DNA from: an uncultured bacterium
GTDB lineage: Bacteria; Verrucomicrobiota; Kiritimatiellia; CAIKKV01
Direction: 5' to 3'
Length of the DNA stretch: 64,000 nucleotides
Assembly (NCBI GenBank): GCA_938038445.1
Contig: CALHRZ010000017.1
Coordinates: 12,065-76,064 of the forward strand
Under the pieces are notes generated by a model. It was not told the DNA's origin, ran no database searches, and was given only the letters and a program-made list of their open reading frames with translations. A program made the translations under genes and the position numbers. Of this stretch, positions 58,519-64,000 are shown piece by piece. Position 1 is the stretch's first letter, and each line of letters starts with the position of its first letter.

Positions 58519-59550
58519 CTACGGATGCTTGGCTCGAAGGGCCCTCCCCTGTGCCGCACTGCGGCAGGCAAGATCCAGAATATGAATCGGCCGACGCGCC
58601 CACTCGGGGGTGATGATCAGGGGCTGGCCTTGGACCAAGTGATCGGCGATATTCTGATACAACCGCCACCCTTCACTGGGCGGATTCGCGCCTCGCGTGA
58701 TCACGGTTTCCCCATCTCGATGCTGAATCAATTGGAACGTCCCTCCCTCCATCACGTAAGAACCCTCAGTCCCCGTGATCTCCAACCAACCTTCCTTGGG
58801 TTTGGAATCAAGATGAGAGATGATTAATGTGGACCACTGACCACTCGCGTACCGAACAACCGCAAACGCCTCGTCCTCGTTCGTATCCTCCTTCCAAGCC
58901 GTCCGCGGGGCCCAGAATCCCCGCCGGGCAAACCCGCTGACCTCGCGGATTTCGGCCCGAATCAGCTGCAGGGTGTACTCCAACAGATGCACCCCCCAAT
59001 CGTAGAGGATGCCGCCGGAAATCGTCTTGCTCGACCGCCACCAGTCACGGGGCTGCCCCCACCCACCCATGTGCGCTTCGATCCGCACAATCTCCCCAAT
59101 GGCCCCCGCCCCGATCCGTTTGACCGCCTCCAGAATGCACCCATCCCAATGGCGGTTGTGGTAGGTGGAGAGGACGACCCCACTCCTCCGCGCCGCCGCA
59201 ATCATTGCATCACACTCCGCCGTCGTCACCGCCATCGGCTTTTCAACTACAACATGACGGCCCGCCTTCAAACACTGCAGCGCCAGCTTCGCGTGCGTGT
59301 TATGAGGCGTAATAACCGCGAGCAATTGAACGTCGCTCTTTTTCAACATCTCGGAGAGGTTCGCAAACGTCTTAATGCCCGGAAACTCCTGCTCCGCGAC
59401 CTTGCGCCGCTCCGGATCAATCTCACATACAGCCGTAGGGGTCATTCCCGCCTTCGCCATCTCGTTCAGATGATGGCGGCCCATGTTGAACGCCCCGCCA
59501 TATCCGACAACACCCACCTTGATCGCCGATGCTTGTGCGTACCGTTTCAT
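58519..59550 (-). CDS. Gfo/Idh/MocA oxidoreductase
   Basis: VGYG, EKP, HNR, GGILYDWGVH. Confidence 0.9.
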   Translation of the reverse strand: MKRYAQASAIKVGVVGYGGAFNMGRHHLNEMAKAGMTPTAVCEIDPERRKVAEQEFPGIKTFANLSEMLKKSDVQLLAVITPHNTHAKLALQCLKAGRHVVVEKPMAVTTAECDAMIAAARRSGVVLSTYHNRHWDGCILEAVKRIGAGAIGEIVRIEAHMGGWGQPRDWWRSSKTISGGILYDWGVHLLEYTLQLIRAEIREVSGFARRGFWAPRTAWKEDTNEDEAFAVVRYASGQWSTLIISHLDSKPKEGWLEITGTEGSYVMEGGTFQLIQHRDGETVITRGANPPSEGWRLYQNIADHLVQGQPLIITPEWARRPIHILDLACRSAAQGRALRAKHP

Positions 59551-59597
59551 TGGATCTCCTTTCCGAATAATCTTCGGAATATAAAAGGGTAAACCGA

Positions 59598-60248
59598 TCA
59601 GCAGGCCGCCCACGCCATGCCACGGCGAAGAAGAGCCCGGACTTCCGGCACTTCAAAATCTTTGGCCACGTGACCAAGTGACATGTAAAATACACGTCCC
59701 TCCCCCCATCGCCGTTTCCACACCACCGGCATAACCGTCCCCTTGATCCACGGCGTGCCGTACTCCCCCGTGAACGTGGTGGTCGCCAAAACCTCGTTGC
59801 CTGGATCCACATGCATGTAATACTGCTCGGATTTCATCTTGAAATCCTTAAGCCCTTCTGTGATGGGATCGGTGTGGTTTGTGATGTTGACTGTGTACTC
59901 GACAATCCCCCCCGGATGCGCCACCCATTGGCCGCCGGTCATGAACTGATACGATGTGTTCTGACGGAACGCATCGCACATCCCGCCATGCCAACCCGCA
60001 ATCCCAACGCCCGCGGCGATCGCCTCCAGCAGCCCTTTTTCCTGCTCAGGGGTAATCTGCCCCATCGTCCAACAAGGCACAACAAGACTCAGTCCCTTCA
60101 TCTTCTGCCCGTCACAGTAAACATCCATCGTGTCGAACACCTCGACCTCAAATCCCATCTGACGAAGGTCTTCAGCCGCAAGAGCCGTCGTTTCCTTCGG
60201 TTCGTGCCCCTTCCACCCCCCCCATACAACCAACGCCTTCTTTGCCAT
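59598..60248 (-). CDS. ThuA-like (trehalose utilisation domain) protein
   Basis: [35 protein letters not shown]. Confidence 0.88.
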   Translation of the reverse strand: MAKKALVVWGGWKGHEPKETTALAAEDLRQMGFEVEVFDTMDVYCDGQKMKGLSLVVPCWTMGQITPEQEKGLLEAIAAGVGIAGWHGGMCDAFRQNTSYQFMTGGQWVAHPGGIVEYTVNITNHTDPITEGLKDFKMKSEQYYMHVDPGNEVLATTTFTGEYGTPWIKGTVMPVVWKRRWGEGRVFYMSLGHVAKDFEVPEVRALLRRGMAWAAC

Positions 60249-60281
60249 GTCCATCCCTTTCGTTTGTGTGTCGTGTCTTCC

Positions 60282-61547
60282 CTATCCAACCCGTTCCGGC
60301 ACGGCCAAATCCCGAAACAACCGATGCGCATACATCCGATCGCGAAACCCCGCCCGATCCGGCTTCAGGTCCGCCGGCAAGGCGATTTCACAAAACGTTC
60401 GCGTGGCCGCGCTTTCTTTCGCCTTGAGGCACATGAGAGCACTCAGCAGCCCGGCACTCAGTGGCGCTGCGGAATCCGCTTCCTTTCGCAATATTTGAAG
60501 AAAGTTCCACACGAGAATCGCATCACCCCCTCCATGACCCGCCTTCCCCGGCTCGATCGTATGAACCGCCGACCGCGTCTGATGATGATAAAAAATCCTT
60601 ACCTCGTTTGTGTACCAGTCAAACTCCAGCGTCCCCTTGTACCCAAAAAACCGTGCCCCCCGCGCCCCCGCCCCCCGTCGAGCAAAAAAGTTCTGGCTGT
60701 ATGCCACATGCATTCCCGTCTCGTATTCCACCAGCGCGCTCCCGGAATCCTCATTCCCCGTGTCCACCGCAAAGCCGCATCGCAAAAGACGGCCCCCCTC
60801 CCGCTCCACCCTTTCGGTGATTCCCCGGCTTAGGTAGCGGTGCAACGAACTCTCCGGACACTCTTCGTCCAGGCCGCATTCACCACACCGAAGCCCGGCT
60901 TTCATCGGCCCTTTGTAAACCTGCTTGGCCGTCATCGCCGCCACCTGGACCGGACGCAGCCCCAATAGACGGGTGATGTAATCGAAATCGTGGGTCGCCT
61001 TTTGAAGAAACAACCCCTGTGTCTCCTGTTCGTCCCGATACCAACCAAGATAATAACAGTCGCCATACGGCACATTATTCCAGGCTTGCACATGATGCAC
61101 GGTCCCAATCTCCCCCGCCCGAATCAATTTCTCCGCCAGCCGGGCATGAGCCGTGACACGCAGGGGGAACGACACGACCACGGGACTCTTCGACCGCTTC
61201 CATGCAGCATACAATCGCCGCCAATCCGTTGCGTTCGTACACACCGGTTTTTCAAGAAACAAAGGAAGATTCCGCCGAAGCACCGGCACGGCATACCGCG
61301 TATGGAGAGAACAGCGCGTACCGATCATCACCCCATCCAATTCTTCTTCGGCCAACAGCCGGTCCCCCTCGGAATAAAATCGGATGGCCTCGACAGACCT
61401 GCCGTCCTTTCGAACTTGCTCCCGAACCTCCTCAACACGGGGATCCGCAATCGCGACAATCCGCACATCCTCCGGCCGAAACTGGTCCATCTGCCAAAGA
61501 AGACCGCGCATCCTTCTGCCATACCCGATCAACCCGATCTTTTTCAT
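60282..61547 (-). CDS. Gfo/Idh/MocA oxidoreductase with a Cys-rich insert
   Basis: IGYG, EKP, KATHDFD, CGEC..C insert, HGGGD. Confidence 0.88.
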   Translation of the reverse strand: MKKIGLIGYGRRMRGLLWQMDQFRPEDVRIVAIADPRVEEVREQVRKDGRSVEAIRFYSEGDRLLAEEELDGVMIGTRCSLHTRYAVPVLRRNLPLFLEKPVCTNATDWRRLYAAWKRSKSPVVVSFPLRVTAHARLAEKLIRAGEIGTVHHVQAWNNVPYGDCYYLGWYRDEQETQGLFLQKATHDFDYITRLLGLRPVQVAAMTAKQVYKGPMKAGLRCGECGLDEECPESSLHRYLSRGITERVEREGGRLLRCGFAVDTGNEDSGSALVEYETGMHVAYSQNFFARRGAGARGARFFGYKGTLEFDWYTNEVRIFYHHQTRSAVHTIEPGKAGHGGGDAILVWNFLQILRKEADSAAPLSAGLLSALMCLKAKESAATRTFCEIALPADLKPDRAGFRDRMYAHRLFRDLAVPERVG

Positions 61548-61690
61548 GAAACCAACGCCTCGCGAGAAAGAAAATTCGCGTTATCATGAGGTCGTCTCCC
61601 CTTCCAAGTCAAGCCCTCTTGCCGTTTCCAACCTCCGTTCCGGCAGCCTGCAAGTTCCGAAAACATCAGCGGAAAGTTCCCTTTCGTCTT

Positions 61691-61719
61691 TTGACTTTTA
61701 CCCTGAAATCGCCTAGGAT
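61691..61719 (+). promoter_or_regulatory. Putative panD promoter
   Basis: TTGACT-N17-TAGGAT. Confidence 0.6.
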
Positions 61720-61745
61720 ACCTCTGCAAAAGGAAGAATGAATCC

Positions 61746-62105
61746 ATGCACCTCATCATGCTGAAAAGCAAACTCCACATGGCGCGTGTGACGGATGCCC
61801 AACTCGATTACCACGGCAGCCTCACCATCGATTCGCGCTTGATGAAGGAGGCGGAAATCTTGCCCTTCGAAAAGATCCTCGTCGCGAACGTCGAAAACGG
61901 GGAACGGTTTGAAACCTACGCAATCCCCGGCAAAGCCGGGAGCGGAGAAATTTGCTTGAACGGCGCTGCGGCCCGAAAAGGAAAAGTCGGCGATCGGTTG
62001 ATCATCTTCGCCTTTGCCCTCATGACCCGCAAAGAGGCCGCCCGTGCCAAACCCGTCATTCTCTGCCTCAACGCCCAAAATCAGGTCGCCGAAGTCCTCC
62101 ACTAA
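61746..62105 (+). CDS. panD: Aspartate 1-decarboxylase
   Basis: KSKLH, YHGSLTID self-cleavage site, NGERFETY, LNGAAAR. Confidence 0.97.
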   Translation: MHLIMLKSKLHMARVTDAQLDYHGSLTIDSRLMKEAEILPFEKILVANVENGERFETYAIPGKAGSGEICLNGAAARKGKVGDRLIIFAFALMTRKEAARAKPVILCLNAQNQVAEVLH

Positions 62106-62114
62106 ACCCGCCGT

Positions 62115-63359
62115 TCAGGCCGCGCGGGTCTTCCCTTCGACGCGGGAAAAATGCCGGCTAATGACCGCCTGGGTAATCTTGACCGGTCGAGGATTCGCTT
62201 GGCGCGGCGTCTCAAACATTACGTCCAACATCAACTGCTCAAGAATCGCCCGCAGCCCCCGCGCTCCCGTGCGCTTCCGATGGGCAATCCGAGCCAACTC
62301 GCGGAGCGCCCCCTCGGTGAAGGTCAATTCCACTCCCTCCATCGCCAGTAACTTCTGATACTGCTTGACCATGCTGTTCTTCGGATCCGTCAGAATATGA
62401 ACCAGATCCTCCACCGTCAGCGGGTCCAAAACAGCCACCACGGGAAGCCGCCCGATGAACTCCGGAATCATGCCGTATTTAAGAAGATCTTCCGGCGCCA
62501 CCTGGAAGCCGGGCGCGTCCTCCGCCCCAGCAGCGGCCGGACGGAAACCCAAATTCTGCTTTTCAATCCGGCGGCGAATGATGTCCTCCAGCCCCACAAA
62601 AGCCCCGCCGCATATAAACAAAATGTGCTCCGTGTTGATCTTGATGAATTCCTGCTGGGGATGTTTGCGCCCCCCCTGAGGTGGAACATTCGCGACCGTC
62701 CCCTCTAAAATCTTAAGTAACGCCTGCTGTACCCCTTCCCCCGAAACGTCTCGCGTAATGGAAACGTTCTCCGTCTTTCGGGCAATCTTGTCAATCTCGT
62801 CAATGTACACGATCCCCCGTTCGGCACGCCGAACATTCCCGTCCGCCGCCTGAATCAGCCGGAGCAACACATTCTCGACATCCTCCCCCACATACCCCGC
62901 CTCCGTCAGCGTCGTCGCATCCGAAATGCTAAAGGGCACATCCAGACAGCGGGCCAGCGTCCGCGCAAGCAACGTCTTGCCGCTTCCGGTCGGCCCAATG
63001 AGAAGGACATTACTTTTTTCGATCTCCACATCCGCAAATTCGGGACGATCTTGCAACACCTCGCCCTGTTGAAGCCGCTTGTAGTGGTTATGAACGGCCA
63101 CCGAGAGAATTTTCTTCGCCTGCTCCTGGCCAATCACATACTGATCGAGAAAGCCCTTGATCTCGTGCGGCTTCGGCACCCGAAGCGGACCGGAAGAAAC
63201 CTGCTCCTTCGCCGAAGAGTCCTCTGCCCCCAGAATTTCCCGGCATAACCCCACGCATTGCTCGCAAATCGCCACGCCGGGTCCCGTCACCATCCGCCCC
63301 GCCTCCCGGCGGGGCCGACCGCAAAAGGAACACCGCGAAACTCCTTCCTCTCGGGGCAT
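62115..63359 (-). CDS. clpX: ATP-dependent Clp protease ATPase subunit
   Basis: C4 zinc finger, [27 protein letters not shown]. Confidence 0.98.
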   Translation of the reverse strand: MPREEGVSRCSFCGRPRREAGRMVTGPGVAICEQCVGLCREILGAEDSSAKEQVSSGPLRVPKPHEIKGFLDQYVIGQEQAKKILSVAVHNHYKRLQQGEVLQDRPEFADVEIEKSNVLLIGPTGSGKTLLARTLARCLDVPFSISDATTLTEAGYVGEDVENVLLRLIQAADGNVRRAERGIVYIDEIDKIARKTENVSITRDVSGEGVQQALLKILEGTVANVPPQGGRKHPQQEFIKINTEHILFICGGAFVGLEDIIRRRIEKQNLGFRPAAAGAEDAPGFQVAPEDLLKYGMIPEFIGRLPVVAVLDPLTVEDLVHILTDPKNSMVKQYQKLLAMEGVELTFTEGALRELARIAHRKRTGARGLRAILEQLMLDVMFETPRQANPRPVKITQAVISRHFSRVEGKTRAA

Positions 63360-63368
63360 GCCTCCTCC

Positions 63369-63995
63369 CTATCCCTTCGAACGTCCCACCGCAACGGTCT
63401 TCCGCGGATGCACCACCTCGTCCACCAGCCCGTAAGCCTTCGCTTCCTCCGCCGACATGAAATAGTCCCGATCGGTATCTTTCTCTACCGTCTCAACCGG
63501 TTTTCCCGTATGGGCGGCCAGAATCGCGTTCAACCGTTCCCGTAGTCGTAAAATCTCACGCGCTTGAATGCCCACGTCGGTCGCCTGCCCCTGCGCCCCA
63601 CCCCATGGCTGATGAATCATGATTCGCGCGTTCGGAAGCGCATATCGCTTGCCTTTTGTACCCGCCGCCAGCAACAACGCCCCCATGCTCGCCGCCTGCC
63701 CGACACAGTAGGTCGCGACGTCGCATTTCAGATACTGCATCGTGTCGTACACGGCCAAGCCCGCCGTTACGGATCCTCCCGGCGAGTTGATGTAAAGGCT
63801 GATCTCTTTCTCCGCATCCTCGCTCTGCAAAAAAAGCATCTGCGCGATCAGGAGATTGCTCACCTCATCGTCAATGGCCGTGCCGACAAAAATGATCCGT
63901 TCCTTCAGCAGGCGAGAGTAAATGTCGTAGGCCCGCTCGCCACGCCCCGTCTGCTCCACCACCATCGGGATAAGGATCTGATTATGACTGCGCAT
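63369..63995 (-). CDS. clpP: Clp protease proteolytic subunit
   Basis: [32 protein letters not shown]. Confidence 0.98.
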   Translation of the reverse strand: MRSHNQILIPMVVEQTGRGERAYDIYSRLLKERIIFVGTAIDDEVSNLLIAQMLFLQSEDAEKEISLYINSPGGSVTAGLAVYDTMQYLKCDVATYCVGQAASMGALLLAAGTKGKRYALPNARIMIHQPWGGAQGQATDVGIQAREILRLRERLNAILAAHTGKPVETVEKDTDRDYFMSAEEAKAYGLVDEVVHPRKTVAVGRSKG

Positions 63996-64000
63996 CCGTG

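Noticed and set aside
1-64000. CRISPR arrays, tRNA/rRNA, IS elements, integrases, prophage
   Set aside because: No spaced direct repeats, cloverleaf or rRNA motifs, or transposase, integrase or phage proteins seen by eye; almost all sequence is accounted for by the CDS calls.

Overview
A gene-dense, GC-rich (roughly 60% by eye) chromosomal window from a diderm, probably anaerobic bacterium. The gene content (HprK/HPr/EI beside lpt genes, several ExbBD sets, DUF4159, QW-repeat barrel, huge TPR proteins) suggests the PVC superphylum, for example Kiritimatiellota or Lentisphaerota; this placement is inference. I saw no rRNA, tRNA, CRISPR array or mobile element. Left (1-17.7 kb, minus strand): SRP RNA, dnaX, ybaB, recR, yggS, hypothetical, heptose kinase, kdsB, kdsA, lptCAB, hpf, hprK, ptsH, ptsI, metK, ahcY, an lptF/G permease and a secretin that runs off the edge, with tadA divergent. 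Centre (18.2-38.6 kb, minus strand): a 14-gene, ~20 kb operon that is the most unusual element. It encodes two separate ExbB + 2xExbD proton-motor sets, five exported TPR proteins (two with a repeated Ig-like domain, one of these also with nested sugar-binding-like domains) and three membrane proteins with TonB/TolA-like (S/A)xxxH helices. It has no TonB C-domain protein, TonB-dependent receptor, TolB or Pal. A Zn-ribbon/GspG-like gene is divergent from it, apparently from a shared bidirectional promoter. Right (39-64 kb): an ABC/ROK/O-antigen-ligase operon, mtnA, GT9, bamD-like/lptE, rpsT, an nrdD-redoxin-nrdG operon with NrdR-like boxes, a CsgG-like gene, a nucleotidyltransferase, Gfo/Idh/MocA-ThuA genes, panD, clpX and clpP. 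All calls come from reading motifs by eye; no database searches were run.
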